Shown here: positions 10,162 through 19,282 of the stretch, piece by piece
Numbering within the stretch: the stretch's first letter is position 1
How the letters are laid out: each line of letters begins with the position of its first letter
Assembly (NCBI RefSeq): GCF_008086595.1
Contig: NZ_RXYA01000003.1
Span: forward strand, 82,129-146,128
Source: Acetobacterium paludosum
GTDB lineage: Bacteria; Bacillota; Clostridia; Eubacteriales; Eubacteriaceae
DNA length: 64,000 bases
Reading direction: 5' to 3'
Translations under genes and position numbers: made by a program
The notes under the pieces: model-generated
The model's database searches: none
Told to the model about the DNA's origin: nothing
The model's input: the letters and a program-made list of their open reading frames with translations, nothing else

Positions 10162-10437
10162 TTATGACATTCTTGTTGTTTGGGTTGCTGTAAATGCGTA
10201 ATCTACACCTACAATACTTAAACCGCCGGCAGCCTGATCCAATTGATCATCACTAATTGGTTGTTTTTCTTTTGCTTCTTTAAAAGCAGCCTTAAATTCG
10301 TCTGCTTTTACGGTGTAACCCAATTTTGCAACAATCGCATCAAATTCTGCTTCTGTTTTAGCATCATTAATTTGTTTTGCCAAGGCCTCATCTGTTAATA
10401 CTTTTGCGGCTAATGCTCTTGCACCATCAATACTCAT
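10162..10437 (-). CDS. RiPP precursor peptide with a Nif11-type leader and double-glycine cleavage motif; predicted core LSIVGVDYAFTATQTTRMS
   Basis: The ORF-track protein begins with a TTG-coded Met; the ATG at 10437 has a strong RBS (AAGGAGGAATAATATG). The 92-aa product has the Nif11-domain pattern (amphipathic helices; ...KQPISDDQLDQAAGG) ending in GG before a 19-aa Thr/Val-rich C-terminus. It sits between B12-rSAM genes, upstream of a C39-PCAT. Confidence 0.8.
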   Translation of the reverse strand: MSIDGARALAAKVLTDEALAKQINDAKTEAEFDAIVAKLGYTVKADEFKAAFKEAKEKQPISDDQLDQAAGGLSIVGVDYAFTATQTTRMS

Positions 10438-10465
10438 ATTATTCCTCCTTTCCAAAGTATTTTGG

Positions 10466-12193
10466 CTAAATCGTAAAATGAGTCAGCCAATATTTAAAAT
10501 TAAATTGATATAAAATATCAACAAATTTTCCATGAAATTCCATCTCATTTTTATAGGCGGTTCCAAACTTTGAATAAAGTTCGGTTTTAATGTCTCCCAG
10601 GCTTCTTTTTCCGGCACAGCGTAAAATCAGCTCATACTCCAAAGGCGAAAGAGCCATGCCATCTAATATGGGAAACCCCTGGGTGAATGTCATCGTGCGC
10701 CATAATTCAAAAGTTCTTTGGGGATAATCTCTGAAGAAATCCAGTGATTCTTCAAAAGCTTGTCCTTCATTTAAATAAAGCACATAGTAGTATTCATAGG
10801 TTCTTGGATTGGCGTAAATTTCCTCAAACCATCGGCTTCTGATTCCATAGGTCAGCGCGGCTTTAAACTGTTTCATCACTACTGCTTCTTCTAGCTCATG
10901 GTTTTTTATTTTTTTTTGCATACTTTGTCTGATGACCTTATTTAATTCCTGTCGGTCTTTCATCACCTGGTCCTGACTTCGCTCTCTCTGGGTCACAAAA
11001 GGGTAGTCATCACCGCAAAGGCAGCCCTCTTCATCATGTAGCTGTAAATTGAATTTTTCAGGATTTTCAAGTATCTGTGTTCCCGGATAGGCTCTTAAAA
11101 ATCCGGTGATGATGTCAATCACACCCGGGGCCTGATTCGTCAGCGTTTCGATAAGTTTTGCAGTGGATCCGACTTTCTCTTCAGGTCCTCCCACAATAAA
11201 GTTGGTGGCAATCTGGGTGAGACCAGTATCTGCAGCATAAGTAACAAATTCAATGATGTCCGAAACCTTTACATGCTTATTATATTGATCAATGACCCTC
11301 TGATCCCCGGACTCAATCCCAATTTGAAGACGGATGAGTCCAGCCTCGATCATGGTTGGGAGGATATCCATCCAATCTTTTATTCGACCCACATGGCATT
11401 CACAATACCAGACAACATCACGTTTTTTTCTGATTTCCTTCATGCCTTCGCAGAATTCTTCAATTCGCTGTCGGTTAATGGTAAAGGTATCATCCATGAT
11501 AATAATATAGTTTAAATCGGGATTGTTTTTTAAATTAAGTCGGATTTCTTCCAGCACCAACGGCATGCTTCTGAGCCGAACTTTCTGTTTTCCGGGACTG
11601 GGAGCACAGTAGGCGCATTGATAGGGACAGCCTCGGCCGGTAAAAATCAACTTGCCGTAGGCATGATTTTTATGGAGGGAACAATGATAGGCCGGTAACG
11701 GCAGACTATCCAGATCTTCAATGATTTCAGGCGGCTCTGTTTCAACAAAAATGTCATCTTTGATCGTGGCCAATCCTTTGATACTGCTTAAATCACCCTG
11801 GAGCTTTAAAATAGCATCTAAAAGTTTAGGCAACGATACTTCAACTTCACCTCTTAAAATATAGTCCACGTTACTTTTTTCCAAAAAATCTTTTTTTAGC
11901 CCAATACTTTGGGGACCTCCAACAATGATGGGAATGTTCCACTTATCTTTTATCTTTTTTGCCAGTTCGGCAATCAATTGAACATTGTCAAAGTCACAGG
12001 AAAAGCCCACTGTATCTGGCTCGTTTTTTTCCATCTCATCCATTAGTTTTTCAGGGTCACCATGAAAAACCAGTGGTTCAAATCCTTCTCTTTCCAGAAC
12101 CCCGGCCAAATAAAACAACCCAACATAATCATGAGCGTTTGTTTCGTATTTTTTTGATACATTACAAAGGAGTATCTTCATTTTCTTACCCAT
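10466..12193 (-). CDS. Cobalamin (B12)-binding radical SAM enzyme (class B rSAM) with a C-terminal RRE-like extension
   Basis: 575 aa; rSAM motif GCPYQCAYCAP; B12-binding N-terminal domain; C-terminal motif LSPLEYELILRCAGKRSLGDI. Confidence 0.85.
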   Translation of the reverse strand: MGKKMKILLCNVSKKYETNAHDYVGLFYLAGVLEREGFEPLVFHGDPEKLMDEMEKNEPDTVGFSCDFDNVQLIAELAKKIKDKWNIPIIVGGPQSIGLKKDFLEKSNVDYILRGEVEVSLPKLLDAILKLQGDLSSIKGLATIKDDIFVETEPPEIIEDLDSLPLPAYHCSLHKNHAYGKLIFTGRGCPYQCAYCAPSPGKQKVRLRSMPLVLEEIRLNLKNNPDLNYIIIMDDTFTINRQRIEEFCEGMKEIRKKRDVVWYCECHVGRIKDWMDILPTMIEAGLIRLQIGIESGDQRVIDQYNKHVKVSDIIEFVTYAADTGLTQIATNFIVGGPEEKVGSTAKLIETLTNQAPGVIDIITGFLRAYPGTQILENPEKFNLQLHDEEGCLCGDDYPFVTQRERSQDQVMKDRQELNKVIRQSMQKKIKNHELEEAVVMKQFKAALTYGIRSRWFEEIYANPRTYEYYYVLYLNEGQAFEESLDFFRDYPQRTFELWRTMTFTQGFPILDGMALSPLEYELILRCAGKRSLGDIKTELYSKFGTAYKNEMEFHGKFVDILYQFNFKYWLTHFTI

Positions 12194-12196
12194 TTT

Positions 12197-15100
12197 CTAA
12201 AACGGAACAACAAGAAGCCAATATTTTTTATCAAAAACTTTCAACGTTTCAATTAGTCGTTCCATAAATTCATCAAAATTTTCTCCAAATGGTTTTCCAA
12301 ATCGGTCATAGAATATTTCAGCAACGGTTTTAATGGTACTTTTGCCGGTACAGTATTTCATCACTTCATATTCAAACGGAGAGAGTGCTTCTCCCCACAA
12401 AACCGGGTAGCCCTCGGAAAAATCAACATCCCGCCACATTTCAATCATCCGTTGCGGCCGCCAATTGGGCAATTCCACCGGGTTCACATCGACAATCCGA
12501 CTGGCGGATTCTCTGGCTAACATGGTATAGTAGGCCGTCAGGGTTGGCTTATGATGCGAAATGATATTAATCCAGTATTTGGGGCCTCTGGCTCCCATGG
12601 CTTTTTTATAGCATCTTAAAATATCCTCATGCTTTAAGTCCCCGTCGTTAAGCATGACTTTTACTTCATCCACAAAACTTTGCAGATATTCCTGATACGC
12701 TCCCATAATTTCCCGGCGATCCATCGTTTCACTGTCCATAATCGGATAATCAGAAATACTGCCTAAACCCTGTTCATCATAGATGGTTAACCCATATTTT
12801 TCAGGATGCAGACCAATATCGGTCATGGGATAGGGCATCACAATACTGGGGGCAATTTCCATCATCCCCGGGCCCAGCCGCAGCAGCTTGGCACCAAAAG
12901 CCTTATTTTTCTCAATGTGTTCACGGTTTTCAAAAGGGCCGCCAACCAGCAGGGCTCCAAAAACCTGTTGAACCCCGGCATCATAGGCTGCTTTAACAAC
13001 CGTTTCGACCATTTCTGGAGATATATTTTTTCGGTATATCTTCAGCATGTCCTTATCCACTGACTCAATGCCGATTTGAAGACGGTTGAGACCAGCATCG
13101 ACCATGACTTCTAACACTTCCGGCCGTCTGCTTAAAGATACTACATCGGCTTCACAATAGAACTGAAAGGGTTTAATCGCTTGAAGGGCCTTTGCCTCCC
13201 GGCAGAAATCATCCAGCCATTTGGGATTGGTGACCAGCGTGTCATCACAAAAGTTAAAATAATTGAGTTCCGGGTATTTAAGCAGAAAATGACGCATTTC
13301 GGCAATGACGTTTGCCACGCTCCGCTGACGCATGGGCCGTTTCAAGGCTCCTTCATGGCAGAAAACGCAGTGGTACGGGCATCCCCGGCTGCTCATCAGA
13401 TAAAGACTGGAGTAATCGATGGGAGTCATGCTTTTATCATAGGCCGGAAATGGCAGATCATCGAGGTTCTCAATAACCGGGCCTTCCCCCCGGTCGATGC
13501 ATTCGTTTTTCTCATTGATATAGAAAATTCCAGGAATGTCATCCAGGTTTTTGTTTTCTTTCAAGGCATCCAGAACCCGGACCATCGCCAGTTCCCCCTC
13601 GCCCCGAACGATGGCGCATGCCTTTGACTGTCTGAGATAATCTTCATTCAGAGAAATAGCTTCAGGGCCGCCGACAAGCACGGGAATGTTAAAGGTTTCG
13701 GTAATGGTCGCACTTACCTTTTTAGCCACATGTTTGTTTTCAAAATCAACCGAAAAACCAATCCCACAGACTTCCTCCCGATTAAATTTTTTCAGAAAAT
13801 CGATGGTCTGATCCGGCCGGCATTCGCATACCGTGGCATCATACCCTTTTGAATCAAGATAGCTTGCCAATCCATAGATCCCCAGGAAAGCTCCATTTCT
13901 GCTGAAGCCGGCAATTTCCATCCCGATGGTTGATAATTTAAAAAGGATGACCTTGTTTTTCACTTTACTTTCCACTGTTTTCTCCTGTTTCACCCATTCT
14001 TTATCTTCGTCTTTGGCTTTTAGAGATCCTGATAACACACACATGCCCACGGATTCCAGTTTTTTGATGGTCTCCAGGAGATAGCATTTAAATTCATGAA
14101 GGTCTCCAAAATTCTGTTCATGTTTTTTAAAGAGTAGTTCTGCCATTTCATTAATGGTTAGCTTGCCTGAGGTATAGGTTAGCACCTCAAATTCAAACGG
14201 CGAATAGACAAATCCGTTTAAAATCGGAATTTCTTCCGCCAGCTCTGGTGTCAGGGAAAGCAGCGCGATCCGCTGGGGATGGGTCTCAAAAACTGTTTCC
14301 GTGTCATAGTCTTTAATGAGCTTATCGCCCCGAATCCGGGCCTTATACTGGGCATCGAAATAGGGATATCGGGAATAAACCAGTCCCTGCCACATCCCAC
14401 TGAGGCTGTATTTTTCACTGAGTGCATAGCTCTCCAGAATCACCTCATCCGGAATCTCACCATCCCTGAGCATTTTTTGCATGAGCTTAATATTCTCTTC
14501 AAAAAACTCATTTCTGGCGGCACAGATTTCCTCGATACTCAGGGTTTCGGTTTCAATCACCGGGAAATCACCCACTGATGTCAGCGCCGCCTCATCTTTC
14601 ACAAAAATCCCAAAAGCCTCAGGATTTTTAGACATGGCGGTTTCCGGGAAAGGCATATAAAAGGTGCTGACCACCTCCACCATCCCCCGACCGGCTCTGA
14701 TCATTTCATTGACTGTGTTGAATGTATAATCCAGGGTTTCCCGGGTCTCCAGAGCTCCTCCGATGATGATATTACCAACCAGCTGGGGCAGCCCCGCTTT
14801 CTTACAGATCTCAACGACTTCGAAAAGACCTTCCCGTTTGATCTTTTTGTTGTAAATATCGATGATATGCTGATTGCAGCTTTCAATACCGATTTGCATC
14901 CGGACCAGGCCGGCCTCGACCATCATTTTCACAATTTCCGGATATTTAATAACAATATTCACATGGGCATCGGCAAACCAGACAAAATCGTGTTCTTTTC
15001 GCAGCTCTTTGAGTTGTTCACAAAAATCTTTGACCCGTTCCTTATCCAGGGTGAAGGTATCATCTCCGAAAAAGATGTATTTCACATTGGGATTCTGGGC

Positions 15101-15787
15101 CAAACGACAGCGGATTTCTTTCATCACATTTTCCACACTGCGGCGCCTGACATTTTTACTGTTCGCACCCTCATAACAAAAAGAGCAGTGGAAAGGACAC
15201 CCTCGTCCTGACATGACTGCCATATGATTAATTCCCTGATGCTGGGAGGATTTAATTTTACCGGTAATAATCGGTAGTTCGTCTAAATTCTCGATAGCCG
15301 GATAAATACCATTGTCATAATAGGTTCCGTCTTTTCTGAATGAACACATTCCTGGAATCTTTTCCCAATTTTCTTCATCTTCGTTTTCAATGTTTCTGAT
15401 GATCTCGTAGAGAGAATACTCCCCTTCTCCTCTGGCAATGCCGTCTGCCCGACTGGTTCTTAAAAAGCCTTCACCTAAGCCAACTGTCTGGGGGCCGCCG
15501 ATAAAAACATAGGCGCCATATCGCTTTTTAATCTCCTGTGAAAAGCTTTCAATTGCCGACTGATTCTCATAATCGCAATACAAAGCCACTACTGTATTTA
15601 CATCACAACCATCAGTTTTGAGAAATTCCAGGCCTTTTAACAGTTCTCCAGAAAATACGGCAACTTCAATACCTTTGCTGGCCATCATTTCAGCTAATGA
15701 CATATGGCCAATGGGCTCAATTTGAGTGATTGAATGGGTTCGCGTTCCTCTATGAATAAGCATCAGCTTCAGATTAATCGTTTTCAA
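12197..15787 (-). CDS. Fused tandem double cobalamin-binding radical SAM enzyme (two complete B12-rSAM modules in one 1196-aa polypeptide)
   Basis: Two separate CxxxCxxC motifs (GCPFHCSFCYEG in the N-terminal half, GCPYHCVFCHEG in the C-terminal half), each preceded by a B12-binding-like domain and followed by an RRE-like segment (LSPFEFEVLTYTSGK... and LSPFEYEVMKYCTGK...). Confidence 0.85.
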   Translation of the reverse strand: MKTINLKLMLIHRGTRTHSITQIEPIGHMSLAEMMASKGIEVAVFSGELLKGLEFLKTDGCDVNTVVALYCDYENQSAIESFSQEIKKRYGAYVFIGGPQTVGLGEGFLRTSRADGIARGEGEYSLYEIIRNIENEDEENWEKIPGMCSFRKDGTYYDNGIYPAIENLDELPIITGKIKSSQHQGINHMAVMSGRGCPFHCSFCYEGANSKNVRRRSVENVMKEIRCRLAQNPNVKYIFFGDDTFTLDKERVKDFCEQLKELRKEHDFVWFADAHVNIVIKYPEIVKMMVEAGLVRMQIGIESCNQHIIDIYNKKIKREGLFEVVEICKKAGLPQLVGNIIIGGALETRETLDYTFNTVNEMIRAGRGMVEVVSTFYMPFPETAMSKNPEAFGIFVKDEAALTSVGDFPVIETETLSIEEICAARNEFFEENIKLMQKMLRDGEIPDEVILESYALSEKYSLSGMWQGLVYSRYPYFDAQYKARIRGDKLIKDYDTETVFETHPQRIALLSLTPELAEEIPILNGFVYSPFEFEVLTYTSGKLTINEMAELLFKKHEQNFGDLHEFKCYLLETIKKLESVGMCVLSGSLKAKDEDKEWVKQEKTVESKVKNKVILFKLSTIGMEIAGFSRNGAFLGIYGLASYLDSKGYDATVCECRPDQTIDFLKKFNREEVCGIGFSVDFENKHVAKKVSATITETFNIPVLVGGPEAISLNEDYLRQSKACAIVRGEGELAMVRVLDALKENKNLDDIPGIFYINEKNECIDRGEGPVIENLDDLPFPAYDKSMTPIDYSSLYLMSSRGCPYHCVFCHEGALKRPMRQRSVANVIAEMRHFLLKYPELNYFNFCDDTLVTNPKWLDDFCREAKALQAIKPFQFYCEADVVSLSRRPEVLEVMVDAGLNRLQIGIESVDKDMLKIYRKNISPEMVETVVKAAYDAGVQQVFGALLVGGPFENREHIEKNKAFGAKLLRLGPGMMEIAPSIVMPYPMTDIGLHPEKYGLTIYDEQGLGSISDYPIMDSETMDRREIMGAYQEYLQSFVDEVKVMLNDGDLKHEDILRCYKKAMGARGPKYWINIISHHKPTLTAYYTMLARESASRIVDVNPVELPNWRPQRMIEMWRDVDFSEGYPVLWGEALSPFEYEVMKYCTGKSTIKTVAEIFYDRFGKPFGENFDEFMERLIETLKVFDKKYWLLVVPF

Positions 15788-15934
15788 TATTTGCCTCCCA
15801 ATTGTATTTTTTGTTTTCAGTACTCCCTATATCGATATAATTTTTTTAAATTTTCATTTTAATATTTTTTTCATTTTATTCTATTTTGTTCACTTTGTCT
15901 ATCGTTTATTTGTTAACTTTTCATGCCTATCTTA

Positions 15935-15987
15935 ACAAAAAAAAGATAGCCAAAACTGCGCTTTTTACCTACCGCAGTTTTGGCTAT
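15935..15987 (-). terminator. Rho-independent terminator (perfect 15-bp stem atagccaaaactgcg / cgcagttttggctat, U-run on the minus strand) ending the antiporter transcript upstream of the RiPP operon
   Basis: Perfect inverted repeat with a 12-nt loop; on the minus strand it is followed by tcttttttttg; lies 40 nt after the stop of the 16025..17263 gene. Confidence 0.65.
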
Positions 15988-16024
15988 TGATTGCTTATGA
16001 TGAACTGATATTGATAATATAACT

Positions 16025-17263
16025 TTATTTTTTCGGTTCGACCTCAAGCTTCAGCACTCTGGCAAAGTATTTTGCCGTGCTCGCCTGAAATGTTAGCGTG
16101 ATAATAATCGCAATTGAAGTGACTGCGGATATCAGCTGGGCATTTGGAATATTCATCGTGATCAGCATGCCTGCCAATGCGGCGGGAATCACGCCCGTTT
16201 CTCTTGTCCAGCATAAATAAGCGATTTCCCTGATATTCCACTTTGCTTTTCGGTCCAGAGGTACCGTGAGCAGAACCGAGATCGGTCGTGCCAGAAAGAC
16301 AAAAGCCAGAATCACCAGCAGTGCCTGTACCCAGTACTGCGAAATGATCACGAAATTCATTTGAATTCCCAGCAGCATGAAGATCAGCATCCTGATTAAG
16401 GATATCGTCACATCCTTGAATTTTTCATGCTTCTCATGACCTTCTTCATGCACCTTTAGGTTGAACATGCGTTTGTTTCCGCAGATCATACCAACGGTGA
16501 ATGCTGCCATAAAGCCGCTGACTCCAATCGACTCTGACAGGACATAAGCCGCCAAAACAGCAGCTATCGCCATCTCAGCCGTAAATCCCCGAAACCGTCC
16601 GAATTTGCCTTCGCAGACAAGCAGGTTTCCAACATAACCGATGATTGCCCCAACCAGGACTCCTCCGCCGGCCGTCTTCAGCAGATCCAGAAGACTGCCT
16701 CCAATTGAAAAACCGCCTCCGGCCGCTATTCCAACAATCGCAAAGGTAATGATGGCTCCCGCGGCATCATTGAATGCCGATTCCGAGATAATGGTCTGCT
16801 TCAATTTAGGGCTGATGTTCATGTTTTTAAACAAAGGCACCAGCACGGAAGGATCTGTTGACGCAATGACCGCACCCAGCAGCAAGGCATAGATAAAATC
16901 GATGTTGAGTATCTTCCAGGCAAAGAAGCCGGTAACAACCGCAGAAATAAGCACGCCGACAGTCGCCAATAACCCGATGGTTACCTTTACTTCATTTAAT
17001 ACCTTGAGCTCAATTTCTCTGCCGCCGTCAAACAGTATGTAAGCCGCACCAAACGATAAAATCAGCTGATTGATTACCGCATATTCACTAAAATCAATGA
17101 TGTTCAAAACCGTTGGTCCTACAATGATACCCGCCGCAATGTACAGCACGACATCTGGTATGTGTATCCGCTTGCTCACTTGCGTTAAAACAATACCAAG
17201 AAAAGTAATGATTGCCAAAATCCGCATCAGATTGTCTGCCAGTTCTACAACATTTCCCGCCAC
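16025..17263 (-). CDS. Cation:proton antiporter (Na+/H+ exchanger, CPA1-type)
   Basis: 412 aa; ~11 predicted TM helices; Gly-rich membrane motifs typical of Na_H_Exchanger family proteins. Confidence 0.7.
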   Translation of the reverse strand: MAGNVVELADNLMRILAIITFLGIVLTQVSKRIHIPDVVLYIAAGIIVGPTVLNIIDFSEYAVINQLILSFGAAYILFDGGREIELKVLNEVKVTIGLLATVGVLISAVVTGFFAWKILNIDFIYALLLGAVIASTDPSVLVPLFKNMNISPKLKQTIISESAFNDAAGAIITFAIVGIAAGGGFSIGGSLLDLLKTAGGGVLVGAIIGYVGNLLVCEGKFGRFRGFTAEMAIAAVLAAYVLSESIGVSGFMAAFTVGMICGNKRMFNLKVHEEGHEKHEKFKDVTISLIRMLIFMLLGIQMNFVIISQYWVQALLVILAFVFLARPISVLLTVPLDRKAKWNIREIAYLCWTRETGVIPAALAGMLITMNIPNAQLISAVTSIAIIITLTFQASTAKYFARVLKLEVEPKK

Positions 17264-17404
17264 TACAGGTCACCTCTTAATTGTATTTTATGCTTAAATT
17301 ATACCTTACGATAAAACATATCTCAATGATCTATTTTACTGTTGACAAACAAGTATGAGCATCCTCCTGTATAATAGAAATCTAATGCCACACTATTTAA
17401 TAGC

Positions 17405-17938
17405 CTAAAAAAGGATCATGCCAAACCAGGTAACGACGTTATAACCATTGAAAAATGACAGGTTATGCTTTTCACATATGTCTGTCACACTGATTGTCTG
17501 GCTTTCAATACAGGGATACATTTTATCTAAATGCCGACAGGCTTGATCCGGGTATGCACATTTTTCACATAGAGCACACGATTCTGCCGTAAGAATAAGG
17601 ATATCGTCATTTTCACTAAAAACATTTTTCTTTATTTGGTTTACAATCTGAATATGTTCTCCTCTGGTTGAAAGCATTTCATCCATATTGAGAATGTCAC
17701 TGACTTCAGATATGGTGCTGAAAATAAAGGCGTGATCGTAACTTGTACACCGGCCTTTACATTCATCCAGGGTTCCAACCGCCGGAGGGCAGGACCACGA
17801 TTTGCCATATTGCGGACATTCATTTTTACAGATAGTTCTCACCGCCTGATGAAAATTGAGTTCAGCGGGATCAAAAAATGCATACTCAACTATCGGATAT
17901 TCCGTAATTTTCTTTTCAATTTCTTCTTTTGTAATCAT
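17405..17938 (-). CDS. Predicted metal-binding protein (DUF2284-like, Cys-rich)
   Basis: 177 aa; Cys clusters CKNECPQYGKSWSCPP, CKGRC and CALCEKC. Confidence 0.45.
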   Translation of the reverse strand: MITKEEIEKKITEYPIVEYAFFDPAELNFHQAVRTICKNECPQYGKSWSCPPAVGTLDECKGRCTSYDHAFIFSTISEVSDILNMDEMLSTRGEHIQIVNQIKKNVFSENDDILILTAESCALCEKCAYPDQACRHLDKMYPCIESQTISVTDICEKHNLSFFNGYNVVTWFGMILF

Positions 17939-18109
17939 CTATTCGTTAACCTCATCAGTAAATTTTATTGTAAAATCAAAAGAACCCGCCACTCTCATAG
18001 CAGGTCGCTCTTACCTCATATTTGATTCATAATCCTGGTAATAGAGAAAGTCATCTTCAAGATGGCTACCACTTCAATATCAATTAACCTTGATTTTACA
18101 AGCCACGCC

Positions 18110-19081
18110 TCACTCGACAATCCTTCCCGTTTCCGATGTGTCGTAATTAAGGATATTTTGAAGGTCCATTTTAAATGATTCTGAAGTTACTATTTCAATA
18201 ACCGTTTTGTACGGCTGCTTATCAGCATCAGACAATCTTATTACAAGATCATAACATTCTGTTTGCAGAGGAATGAATTCAACCCCTTGAATATTCATGC
18301 AGCCTGTTTCACTGCCAATCCCCACATCAGCTCCGCCACGAGACACAATATTTGCTACTGCAAGATGCGACTTGCATTCACGAAAGTACCCCTCAATTTT
18401 TTCGCCATCGATACCCTCAAGCCGAAGTTTTTCATCCAATAAAATTCGAGTTCCGCTACCCTTCTCTCTATTTACAATTGTAAGATCCGAACGCTTTAAG
18501 TCCTTCCAATTATTAATGTTTTTAGGGTTATTTCTTTGCACATAAAGCCCTTGTTGTCGCTTTCCTATTCTCATGATTAAAGCTGGTATACCTGGCATCA
18601 TTTTTTTTATATATGAAATATTATAATCATTAACCTCACCATCCCACATATGAGCGGTTACTAGATTCACTTTCCCTTGATAAAGAGCATAAATGCCGTT
18701 ATAACTGCTTAAATAAGAACGATAAATTTGAAGTGAATCGTTTCTATTGTTCAAGTGATTGATTAATACATCCAGCGAAATATCCTGTCCACAAATGATG
18801 AATCCATTATTACCTCGAATCGTCTCATTCATGTTTTGATTTAATGTTCGATTATTGCTTTCCTCCACCGGAATATTACTTTTTTTCGAAGCTTTTTCCC
18901 GATTTGTATCAATATTCATCGTTCTTTTTAAATAGGATTCAACCTCATCTCTCGAAATTCTAACTTGTTTACCTACCTTTGATGAAGACAATTCTCCCCG
19001 TTTTATAAGCGCGTATACAGTATTTCTGGCAATTTTTAATATGTCGGCAACTTCCTGTGCGCTTAGCAAATCTTTTTCCAC
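18110..19081 (-). CDS. Transcriptional regulator: N-terminal HTH (excisionase/MerR-type) fused to a molybdate/tungstate-binding-like periplasmic-binding-protein domain
   Basis: 323 aa; N-terminal LLSAQEVADILKIARNTVYALIKRGEL HTH; C-terminal domain with NREKGSGTR and GGADVGIG motifs typical of ModA/WtpA/TupA-type oxyanion binders; divergent from anfH. Confidence 0.7.
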   Translation of the reverse strand: MEKDLLSAQEVADILKIARNTVYALIKRGELSSSKVGKQVRISRDEVESYLKRTMNIDTNREKASKKSNIPVEESNNRTLNQNMNETIRGNNGFIICGQDISLDVLINHLNNRNDSLQIYRSYLSSYNGIYALYQGKVNLVTAHMWDGEVNDYNISYIKKMMPGIPALIMRIGKRQQGLYVQRNNPKNINNWKDLKRSDLTIVNREKGSGTRILLDEKLRLEGIDGEKIEGYFRECKSHLAVANIVSRGGADVGIGSETGCMNIQGVEFIPLQTECYDLVIRLSDADKQPYKTVIEIVTSESFKMDLQNILNYDTSETGRIVE

Positions 19082-19282
19082 TTCTTATGCCCCCAAAATA
19101 TTTGAAATAAATTATTTGTCAGCAAACTACATTCAAAATAATCTTTTTTGAATTTTATCACATCCTCATTTTCTTTACAATGGCTGGACAAATGAATTTC
19201 TAAAAAGAAATATACTCGATCCTACTAATTAAGGATGAATCGTCTAAAAACAACTAATCAGTTAATGAATACTTTTTTACCA

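Noticed and set aside
10162-10455. Interpreting the Nif11-domain ORF as a nitrogenase accessory protein because of the nearby anf operon
   Set aside because: It sits ~9 kb away in a separate, oppositely oriented operon, flanked on both sides by B12-rSAM genes and followed by a C39-PCAT. It ends in a GG-core arrangement, the signature of Nif11-type RiPP leaders rather than a stand-alone Nif11 protein.
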